A stretch of 64,000 nt of DNA from Candidatus Eiseniibacteriota bacterium (lineage in GTDB: Bacteria; Eisenbacteria; RBG-16-71-46; CAIMUX01; VGJL01), in the NCBI GenBank assembly GCA_963792585.1, contig CAWBWI010000002.1, forward strand, positions 64,001 to 128,000, given 5' to 3'. The position numbers and the translations under genes were made by a program. Under the pieces are notes generated by a model, which ran no database searches, was not told where the DNA came from, and worked only from the letters and a program-made list of their open reading frames with translations. Below, piece by piece: positions 10,229-18,573 of this stretch. Position 1 is the first letter of the stretch; the number at the start of each line of letters is the position of its first letter.

Positions 10229-11185
10229 ATGAAACGGTCCGTCGTTGTCTCCCTTGGAGGCAACGCCCTCCTTCCGGGTGGGAAGGCGACCATCGAAGAG
10301 CAGTTCCAGGTCACTCACGAGACGATGTGCGAATTCGTCGAGCTCGTGAGGGACACCCGTGTGGCCATCACGCACGGCAACGGTCCAATCGTCGGCAACA
10401 TCCTCATCCGCAACGAGGCGGCCCGTGAGCAGATCCCGCCGATGCCCCTCGACGTCTGCGGGGCCGACTCTCAGGGCGGACTGGGCTACATGATCCAGCA
10501 GACACTCCAGAACCTCCTGCGTGCGAATGGTATGCCCCAACAAGTCGCCACCGTGATCACGCAGGTCGTCGTCGACGGCAAGGACCCTCGCTTCCGCACG
10601 CCGACGAAACCGATCGGACCCTTCTACGCGGAGGATCAAGCCCGCGCCTTCGAGAAGTCCAAGGGGTGGAAGACGGTTCAGGACGCCGGCCGGGGATGGC
10701 GGCGCGTCGTTCCCTCCCCGATGCCCATGCGAATCGTCGAAATGCCCTTGATCCGAACCCTCTTCGAGGCGGGACATGTCGTCATCGCCGCCGGCGGCGG
10801 GGGGATTCCCGTGGTGGAGGGGCCCGATGGTGTTCTTCACGGTGTGGAGGCGGTGATCGACAAGGACCTCGCCTCGGTGGTCCTTGCGCTCGAGCTGGGA
10901 GCCGACTCGCTCATCATCGTCACGGCCGTCGATCAGGTCGCCGTCGATTTCGGAAAGCCGACGGAACGTTGGTGCGATCGAATGAGCGTGGCCGAAGCGA
11001 TGCGACATCTCAACGAGGGCCAATTCCCGGCGGGGAGTATGGGACCGAAGATCGAAGCCGCCATTTGGTTCCTGAAGGCGGGCGGACGCGAGGTTTGCAT
11101 CACTAGCCCCCGTCGGATTCGCGACGCTCTTGCCGGCCGCGCAGGGACATGGGTCACGCTGGCGGGCGGGCGCGTGGGAGTCTGA
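10229..11185 (+). CDS. arcC: Carbamate kinase
   Basis: 'SLGGNAL', 'THGNGP', 'PTKPIG', 'GWRRVVPSP', 'EAVIDKD', 'GSMGPKI'. Confidence 0.95.
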   Translation: MKRSVVVSLGGNALLPGGKATIEEQFQVTHETMCEFVELVRDTRVAITHGNGPIVGNILIRNEAAREQIPPMPLDVCGADSQGGLGYMIQQTLQNLLRANGMPQQVATVITQVVVDGKDPRFRTPTKPIGPFYAEDQARAFEKSKGWKTVQDAGRGWRRVVPSPMPMRIVEMPLIRTLFEAGHVVIAAGGGGIPVVEGPDGVLHGVEAVIDKDLASVVLALELGADSLIIVTAVDQVAVDFGKPTERWCDRMSVAEAMRHLNEGQFPAGSMGPKIEAAIWFLKAGGREVCITSPRRIRDALAGRAGTWVTLAGGRVGV

Positions 11186-11419
11186 TCGCCCCGATTCTTC
11201 GTCCCGATCCCTTATCAGGAGGCGTCGGATCGTACCCATTCGACAAGCGGGACGCGCCGATTCGATCTCCTTCTCCCTGGCCCTCTGGCACCCCGTCCGC
11301 GGTAGACGCATCCGCTCTCTCCATCCCATGCGTTCGGCCCGACGCTTGCTATCTCCCTCCTGCCCGCGCCGGCCATGGCGGACGGCGCAATCCGCGCCAA
11401 CGCGCGCAGGGGAGGATCG

Positions 11420-12043
11420 ATGCGACTGGTCATACTCACGATCGTCGGCTGCATCACGGCGGGAGTATCCGCGCAACCGGGGAGCTGTGGTCCCATTCTG
11501 AACGAGATCATGGCCGACCCGGCATCGGATTGGGACGGGAGCGGGGAGTACAGCTTCCGTGATGACGAGTGGATCGAGCTGTACAATCCGGGACCCGGGA
11601 GTCTGCCCCTCGACGGCTATCTGCTTGGGGACGAAACGCGGCAGCCGGTTTTTGGATTCAGCGGCACGCTCGACGCGGGCCGCCATCGGGTCGTCTATGG
11701 GGGCGAGGCGGTCGTCTACCAGCAGGGGCATGGCCTTGGTGTCTACGGGCTGAGGATGGGAAACGACGGTGATACCGTGACCCTGCTTCAAGTCGTAGGA
11801 GCCGACACGATTCTCGTCGACAGCTACACGTACAACACATATGAGGCCGAGGACGATCGGTCTACGGGGCGGCGCCCGGATGGATCTTCCACCTGGGAGA
11901 TCTTCGATCTTCTCAATCCCTACACCGGAACAACGCCGCCACTCGGCAATGGACTGGCGCCAACGCCGGGGCTTCCGAACGGCGGCGACCAGGTCGATGT
12001 CGTCGATTCGACGTGGGGCAAGGTCCGCGCGCTCTATCGGTAG
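11420..12043 (+). CDS. Secreted lamin-tail domain protein with C-terminal STWGKVRALYR tail
   Basis: RBS GGAGG; signal peptide; 'LNEIMADP..DEWIELYN'. Confidence 0.8.
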   Translation: MRLVILTIVGCITAGVSAQPGSCGPILNEIMADPASDWDGSGEYSFRDDEWIELYNPGPGSLPLDGYLLGDETRQPVFGFSGTLDAGRHRVVYGGEAVVYQQGHGLGVYGLRMGNDGDTVTLLQVVGADTILVDSYTYNTYEAEDDRSTGRRPDGSSTWEIFDLLNPYTGTTPPLGNGLAPTPGLPNGGDQVDVVDSTWGKVRALYR

Positions 12044-12064
12044 ATGGTTGCCGGAAAAGAGAAA

Positions 12065-12091
12065 CTCCGCCGGGGGAAACCCCCGGCGGAG
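12065..12091. terminator. Bidirectional terminator between convergent genes
   Basis: Perfect 12-bp stem ctccgccggggg-aaa-cccccggcggag between stops at 12043 and 12114. Confidence 0.7.
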
Positions 12092-12113
12092 CTTCAGAGG
12101 ACCTTCGTCCTGC

Positions 12114-12803
12114 CTACCGGTAGAGGCTCTTCACATTGCCCCAGGTCGAGTCCTTCGTGGGGACCGGGCCACCGCCGAGGCAGTAAGCCATGTCACCCGG
12201 GTACCCGAAGTAGGCCGAGTAGGGCGACCAACGAGGATAGCCCCAGTAGTCGCCAGCCCAGTACATCTCGCAACCAGCAACGACGTCACAGAAGGTGAGA
12301 CCGCAGTAGGGAGCGTTCTGTCCCCAGTTCTGACCAACGACGCCGCCAATCGACATCGTGCTGCCCAAGGTGACCGAGCCACCGAGGGGAATCAGAACCT
12401 CATAGACATACCAGCTTCCGTTGTACACCATCTGCGATGTGCACTGACCCCAGGGGATGTCGAAGTGCTGGTCGTAGTTGAACCCCGGGGGGCAGCTCGT
12501 GTTGTAGAAGTTGACGATCATGCTCTGCGGGTTGGTCCAGCTGCCGCCCCACTCGGCCACGTAGAACGTGACCTCTGTGACATTCTGGCCAGCCAAGCTC
12601 GCAGGGATATCGTCAGCCTCTTCGCTGGTGAAGCCCAACGAAGCGTTCCAGGCACCCCAGCCCGTCGAGGGCTGCTGACAGTAGAACGCATCCCGGACGG
12701 CCGGCAGATCGACCGCACCGGGCGTGTACACCATCGCCGAGTCCCATGCGTAGGCACCGCCGGCGACAGTCAGTAGCAAAAGAGCGATAGCGGCAATCCT
12801 CAT
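12114..12803 (-). CDS. Secreted hypothetical protein with C-terminal STWGNVKSLYR tail
   Basis: RBS GGGAGGG; signal peptide MRIAAIALLLL..AYA; aromatic/Cys-rich body. Confidence 0.8.
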   Translation of the reverse strand: MRIAAIALLLLTVAGGAYAWDSAMVYTPGAVDLPAVRDAFYCQQPSTGWGAWNASLGFTSEEADDIPASLAGQNVTEVTFYVAEWGGSWTNPQSMIVNFYNTSCPPGFNYDQHFDIPWGQCTSQMVYNGSWYVYEVLIPLGGSVTLGSTMSIGGVVGQNWGQNAPYCGLTFCDVVAGCEMYWAGDYWGYPRWSPYSAYFGYPGDMAYCLGGGPVPTKDSTWGNVKSLYR

Positions 12804-13128
12804 TGAGTGATCCCTCCCGCGATGAAATAAGACCCCGCAACCGCTCGAAACAACTGCGGCTGCGATACGAAACTTCCGGCGCTACAGCGAATCCGCTCAT
12901 CACGGCCGCCTCGAGCCGAAAATGACCCCCCCAAACGAGACCCTCGGAGACCTGACCGATTCCGATATTGACGGAAATCGTCCGCCTCGACGGTCACCAT
13001 TTGAGCGAAACTAACTCTACGCGACTTTCGGGTTGCTGTCAAGGTCGTTAAGACGCTGGCTAACCGTAGTGTCCACAGAGAATTGCAGCGACGATTCCGA
13101 TCGAATTCGCATTCCCCGGGGCGTCCCA

Positions 13129-13521
13129 CTATCGCGCCCTCCGTCGGAATTCAAGAGGCCAGGATCCCGCGTTGGTGGGCACCGGGGTGTGGCAGACGCG
13201 GCACGCGGCGTCCCGCGAGACATGCGCCCGGTGGATCGCGGCGGAAGGATAGCCCGAGCTGCCGGAACCGCTCTCCCCGAGGGCCGGGCCTCTGTGGCAC
13301 GCGCCACTGGCGCACAGAACCGGGGCGCTCGATACGAGGGGCGTTCCATGAACCTGGTCGTGATTGGTCAGGATGTCGGTGAAGGCGTCCGTGCCGTGGC
13401 ATCGCGCGCAGTTGATCTCATCGAATGTGGGCGCCGTTGCCCGAGTCTGGGCTACCACGACCGTGTCGTTCTTGATGGTCACCTCGATCGCCTGATATGG
13501 GTTCCGGACGCCCGCGTGCAC
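13129..13521 (-). pseudogene. Fragment of a multiheme c-type cytochrome
   Basis: Heme-type motifs CARCH, CASGACH, CRVCH in a short ORF with no signal peptide or good start. Confidence 0.6.
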
Positions 13522-13676
13522 CAGCCCGACGATTGGTGTGCCTGATCCCCTCGTCGAAACGGCGTACGGGCCGTCTCGAGCGGGCCTGCTTGACCTCCTT
13601 CCCTGCCCGACCTAGGCTCTCGCTGCGCTTTGTCGGTAGTTGACGATTGCCCGATCTGCCGGAGAAAGGACTCGCC

Positions 13677-16600
13677 ATGCGACGCACGGTTGCCCTGCTC
13701 TTGCTCGCCGTTCCCACGTTCGCCATTGCGGCGCCGCCGGGGACGGCCATCGAAGGGCTCGACTCGCTGGCATCGGTCACCCTGATGCGCTCGCTCGAGA
13801 TCCTGGACATCCGACCCGAAGAACTCGGCTTCGACAAGCTCTACATGGAGGACGACACGTTCCGACTCGGCATCGTCGAGCAGCTCCTGAATCATCCCCT
13901 GGAACTCCCCGGCTGGCAGGAGCGGTCCGTCGACGGCGTTCGCGACCGCGTCGATGATCCCGCCCAACTCGTCGCGTTTCTGGGGCTGACGTGCGAGGCG
14001 CCCGACCCCCGACCCGGGTCGGGAGCGGCCCCTTTGCGCCGGGTGAGGGAAGCCTTCCAGCGGGGGGGCGCGTCCGCACGGTCCCTGCAATCCTGCATCG
14101 ACCCGTTCGTCGCCGCATCGCGCATCGCCGATCAGTCTCTGCAGCAGGCCTTCGCGGAACTCGACGCGCGCGACCGTGCCGCGGTCCTGGTGCTCGCTCC
14201 CGCATTCTGGGGCGATTGGGAGGAGCCCGGTTCGACGGACATGAAGCGGAAAGGGCGGATCCATTTCGAGACCGGAGCGCCGGCCGATACCTCGATGAAA
14301 CTCACGGACCACCCCATCCTCGACGCGTCGGTGAAGGTCGATCGATCCGCACTGACCCAGGGATCGGACCAATTCCTGGCAGCCCTGGCGGACCTGTCCG
14401 CCGCGGTCGCGGAAACGCGTCTCCCGGAGGCGGCCACGGCATTGCCGGGCGTATCGGGTCCGGTCATCGGCTCGTTCGAGACTCCCTGGGGATTGCTCGT
14501 CATTGGAGGGCCGGGACCCAACGCCTACGAAGCGGACGCGCTCGCGCCTATCGCCTTCCTGATCGAGCCGGGAGGCGATGACGTCTACCGTGGACGCGCC
14601 GCCTCCGCGGTCGGCGGCCTGACCCGTACCCTTTCCGCGGTCGTGGACGCGGCGGGCAATGATCTCTACGACGCCTCGGATCGACCCTACGCGCTCGGAG
14701 GCGCGGTCCTCGGCGTCGCGGCGCTCCTCGACCTCGAAGGCAACGACGTCTACCGCGGCGAGGACGGATCGTGCGGCGCAGGATTCTTCGGCGCGGGGAT
14801 CCTCTACGATGGCGGCGGCGTCGACTTCTTCGAGGGACGCAACTTCTGCGAGGGCTCCGGCGCGTTCGGGATCGGCGCGCTCGTGTCCGACGCGGGAGCG
14901 ATTCCGCCTCCCGGACAGCGCCCCGAAGAGGACCGCGCCTTCACCCTCGGTTTCGTACCCGTGCCGGGGACGGGGGCAGCCCCCATCCGCTACGACGAGA
15001 ACGACACCTACCGTTGCGCCCGCCAATCTCAGGGATTCGCGTCGACCTTCGGCACGGGACTCCTCTTCGACCGAACCGGCAACGACGTCTACAGCGCGGG
15101 CGGCCACTACCTCCACCGTCCCCTGCGTCCGAACGACTTTCAGTCGCTCTCCCAGGGCTTCGCGATCGGTTTCCGGCCGCGTGCGGGAGGGGGAGTCGGG
15201 ATGCTTATCGACGACGAGGGAAATGACTTCTACGACGCGGAGATCTACGCCCAGGGCACCAGCTACTGGTACTCGGTGGGTTTGCTCGCCGATCGCGCGG
15301 GGAATGATCGATATCTCGCCGCGCAATACGCCCAAGGCGCAGGGGTCCATCTATCGATCGGAACGCTTTGGGACCGCGGCGGCGACGACCACTACGATTG
15401 CACCCTCGGCGTAACGCAGGGCACCGCGCACGATCTCTCGGTCGGGATGCAGATCGACGAGAGCGGCAACGACTTCTACATCGTGAGCGACGGCCAGGGT
15501 GTGAGCATCACAGACTCCTTCGCCCTGTTCATCGACGGGCAAGGGGACGATGTCTACGCAACACCGGGTGTCGGGCAGGGGACGGTCACTTGGAATCGCG
15601 GCTTCTGCGGCGCAGGGATCTTCCTCGATCTGGAGGGAAAGGACCTCTATCCCATCACGAGCACCGGCAAGGATGGCGCCGTCTGGTCTCATGATCTCAA
15701 CGCGCTGGGAATCGACCTCGATCGAAACCTCGAGCTTCCGGGGGAAGTGATTCCCGAGCCGGTCCTGACCGCGGCGGACTCGGCGCGGTCGGTCGAGGAT
15801 CTGTTCGAGGATGCGTCGACCTGGAACGTCGGCAGCGCGCGGGACAAAGTCGCGCGGGCCCGCAAGGCGCTTAAGACCAAAGGGTTGCCCGCGGTCGACT
15901 ATGTTTGCCGCGAGAAGCTCAACAGCGAGGACGGGCTCGAATACGAGGCGATGATCGATCTTGCGCGCGCCTATCCCGATGCGTTCACCGTACGGATCCT
16001 GGAGCGCCTTCTCGATCCCAAGGAGCAGGTCCAGCGCAATGTGATCGGGTTGCTGGGGGATCTCAAACGAGCGGACGCTCGGCAGCCGCTGACCTCGATG
16101 CTCGCGTCGCAGAAGCAGGAAGAACACTGGAATCGCGTGATCCAGGCTCTGGGGCGGATCGGCGATCCTGCTGCCTCGCCCGCGGTGAGGCCCTTCCTCC
16201 GGGACAAGATGGAGCGGCGCCGGATCGTCGCCTGCGTGGCCCTCGCGGCGCTCAAGGACACGGCATCGGTCGACGGGCTGTGCTCCGCGTTGGGTGATCC
16301 GTTGCTCACGGTCCGTGCGGCTGCGCATCAGGCGGTGCGCTCTTTCGGCGCGGCCGCGGTCGGGCCGCTTGCGGGGCGCTTGGCCGGCGAGACGTCGCAT
16401 CGGGACGTCATCGTCCAGACGCTAGGCCGCATTGTCGTCGATCTGAAGGGCAGGACCGATCCGGAGAGCCTTCGGGCGCGATCTCGTGGCCGGATGGCGC
16501 TCGCCTCCGAGTTGAGCCGAACCGATCCGGAAGATGCATTGACCCGATCATCGGCGGTCTCCGCGCTCCTGAAGCTCGGGGAACCGGAGATGCTCGAGCT

Positions 16601-16682
16601 CGTGAAGACACGCATGCTCGATGAATACGATCCGCTCGTGAAGAGGGCGTTCGAGAAGGGGCGCAGCGAGATTACTCAGTAG
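13677..16682 (+). CDS. Secreted protein with G(N/D)DxY repeats and C-terminal HEAT repeats
   Basis: RBS AAGGA; signal peptide; repeated 'D..GNDxY' and 'xQGxG' units; HEAT-like helical C-terminus. Confidence 0.75.
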   Translation: MRRTVALLLLAVPTFAIAAPPGTAIEGLDSLASVTLMRSLEILDIRPEELGFDKLYMEDDTFRLGIVEQLLNHPLELPGWQERSVDGVRDRVDDPAQLVAFLGLTCEAPDPRPGSGAAPLRRVREAFQRGGASARSLQSCIDPFVAASRIADQSLQQAFAELDARDRAAVLVLAPAFWGDWEEPGSTDMKRKGRIHFETGAPADTSMKLTDHPILDASVKVDRSALTQGSDQFLAALADLSAAVAETRLPEAATALPGVSGPVIGSFETPWGLLVIGGPGPNAYEADALAPIAFLIEPGGDDVYRGRAASAVGGLTRTLSAVVDAAGNDLYDASDRPYALGGAVLGVAALLDLEGNDVYRGEDGSCGAGFFGAGILYDGGGVDFFEGRNFCEGSGAFGIGALVSDAGAIPPPGQRPEEDRAFTLGFVPVPGTGAAPIRYDENDTYRCARQSQGFASTFGTGLLFDRTGNDVYSAGGHYLHRPLRPNDFQSLSQGFAIGFRPRAGGGVGMLIDDEGNDFYDAEIYAQGTSYWYSVGLLADRAGNDRYLAAQYAQGAGVHLSIGTLWDRGGDDHYDCTLGVTQGTAHDLSVGMQIDESGNDFYIVSDGQGVSITDSFALFIDGQGDDVYATPGVGQGTVTWNRGFCGAGIFLDLEGKDLYPITSTGKDGAVWSHDLNALGIDLDRNLELPGEVIPEPVLTAADSARSVEDLFEDASTWNVGSARDKVARARKALKTKGLPAVDYVCREKLNSEDGLEYEAMIDLARAYPDAFTVRILERLLDPKEQVQRNVIGLLGDLKRADARQPLTSMLASQKQEEHWNRVIQALGRIGDPAASPAVRPFLRDKMERRRIVACVALAALKDTASVDGLCSALGDPLLTVRAAAHQAVRSFGAAAVGPLAGRLAGETSHRDVIVQTLGRIVVDLKGRTDPESLRARSRGRMALASELSRTDPEDALTRSSAVSALLKLGEPEMLELVKTRMLDEYDPLVKRAFEKGRSEITQ

Positions 16683-16904
16683 ACAAAGCTCCTGCTCACG
16701 CAATCCCGCGCGCTGAATTCTTATCGCACGGAGTCCGTGCGTCATGTGCGCATGATCACAAGCGCCCTGCTCGTGAAACACACTTGTGTGTATTCGAATC
16801 GGCCTCACTCCGACTTGCTCTAAACTAGGAGCCGGTGGGCTGTAGGGCCTGCCGCTGTGCAAGCCTCGATCATCAACTTGAGTCATATGGATGAGGAGTC
16901 GGAT

Positions 16905-18368
16905 ATGAACCCGAACGGCAATTCGCTTGTAAACAAAGTGCGGTCACGCCGCCTCGCGCTCGCTTTGGGAGCGCTCGCGATCCTTGGGGCGTCTGCAGTC
17001 TTGAGCGTCCCCGAGGCTCGCGCCGATCAATACGTCTACGGTTGCATCCTCGGCCAGGGTCAGGAAGTCCCACCGACCGGCTCGCCGGCTGCCGGATGCG
17101 GGCAATTCTTCATCGATACCGCGGCGAACACGGTCACGTACCGGATTTGCTTCGGCGGTTTGGCGGCGGCGGAGACTGCCGCCCACATCCACGGACCGGC
17201 CGGTCCCGGCGCCAACGGTGGCGTGATGACCGCACTGCCCGCCGGCAATCCGAAGGTCGGTGTGTGGAACTACGCTGAAGGGATGGAGGCGGACATTCTC
17301 GCGGGTCGGACCTACGTGAACATCCACTCCGGCGCCTTCCCGGGTGGAGAAGTGAGGGGGCAGGTGGTTCCTCTCAACGCGAATCTCGACGGCGCACAGG
17401 AAGTCCCGGCCGTGCCGACGCCGGCCAACGGCTGGGCGGTCTTCACGATCGACACCAGCACGAACTCGCTGAACTACTACATCGTCTATGGCGGCCTGCT
17501 CGCCGCGGAGACAGCGGCCCACATCCATGGATCCGCACTCCACGGCAGCGCGGCGGGCGTCGTCTTTGCTCTTCCCGCCGGCAGTCCGAAGGTGGGCGTC
17601 TGGAACTACCCCGAACCGCTCGAGGCGACGATCCTCGAGGGTCGGACGTACGTGAACATCCACTCGGGCGCCTTCCCGGGCGGTGAGATCCGGGGACAGA
17701 TCGTCCCGCTCGTCCTTCCGCTCGACGATGAACAAGAGGTCCCGGTGACCGGCTCGCCTGCCATCGGAGTCGCGTTGGTCAGCTATGCTTCACCGACGAA
17801 TGAGCTCAGCTACGATCTCCAGTACTACGGTCTCACTGCTGCCGAGACTGCGGCGCACATCCACGGATTCGCGCCGTTCGGCGCCAACGCCGGCGTTCTC
17901 CTGGCTCTCCCGGCGGGACCCAGGAAGATCGGCACCTGGGCTTTCGGCGGTGCGGCGCGGGCGAATGTCTTTGCCGGACTGTCCTACTTCAACATCCACT
18001 CGGCCGCGTTCCCGGGCGGTGAGATCCGCGGGCAGATCCGCGGATTCCCGGCCATCCCGCCGGCAACGGTCGAGGATATCCGGGTGGGTCAGACCTTCCA
18101 GCTGGCGGCCAACGCGCCGAATCCGTTCCAGAGCTCGACCGCGATCGAGTTCAGTCTGGATGCGGCGATGCCGGTTCAGCTTTCGATCTACGATGTGCAG
18201 GGTCGTCTGGTTCGAACGCTGGTCCAGGCCGACGCTGCGGCCGGGACGAATCGCGTGGAGTGGAACGGTCGCGACAATGCGGGGCGGGACGTTCCAAGCG
18301 GCTCCTACGGGTATGTCCTCAAGACGCCCGAGGGAGAGGCCGCGCGGCGCCTCGTGCTGACGCGATAA
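16905..18368 (+). CDS. Triple CHRD-domain protein with C-terminal FlgD-Ig-like domain
   Basis: Three copies of 'QEVP..AAHIHG..Y(V/F)NIHS..FPGGE(V/I)RGQ'; 'PNPF..WNGRDNAG'. Confidence 0.88.
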   Translation: MNPNGNSLVNKVRSRRLALALGALAILGASAVLSVPEARADQYVYGCILGQGQEVPPTGSPAAGCGQFFIDTAANTVTYRICFGGLAAAETAAHIHGPAGPGANGGVMTALPAGNPKVGVWNYAEGMEADILAGRTYVNIHSGAFPGGEVRGQVVPLNANLDGAQEVPAVPTPANGWAVFTIDTSTNSLNYYIVYGGLLAAETAAHIHGSALHGSAAGVVFALPAGSPKVGVWNYPEPLEATILEGRTYVNIHSGAFPGGEIRGQIVPLVLPLDDEQEVPVTGSPAIGVALVSYASPTNELSYDLQYYGLTAAETAAHIHGFAPFGANAGVLLALPAGPRKIGTWAFGGAARANVFAGLSYFNIHSAAFPGGEIRGQIRGFPAIPPATVEDIRVGQTFQLAANAPNPFQSSTAIEFSLDAAMPVQLSIYDVQGRLVRTLVQADAAAGTNRVEWNGRDNAGRDVPSGSYGYVLKTPEGEAARRLVLTR

Positions 18369-18395
18369 GGCTCGACGAACAGCCTGCCAACGATG

Positions 18396-18434
18396 GACGG
18401 GCTCTCCACGGCTCCATGCCGTGGGGAGCCCGTC
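18396..18434 (+). terminator. Probable terminator hairpin
   Basis: gacgggctctccacggc / gccgtggggagcccgtc stem after stop at 18368. Confidence 0.55.
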
Positions 18435-18573
18435 TCTTGCCCGAGGGTGATTCCGGGCCGGCCGCTCTCCGGCGCCCCTCCGGATGCGGATCCACTGCGC
18501 GTCGGAGGAGCCCTGCGCCCTTCGGATCCGACGTCAACTCTGCTAGAATTCCTGGTCGTAGGTTGATCTTGCC

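Noticed and set aside
8733..15350. Long antisense ORFs (8733-10145, 10190-11791, 13479-15350)
   Set aside because: Shadow ORFs of well-supported genes, typical of high-GC DNA
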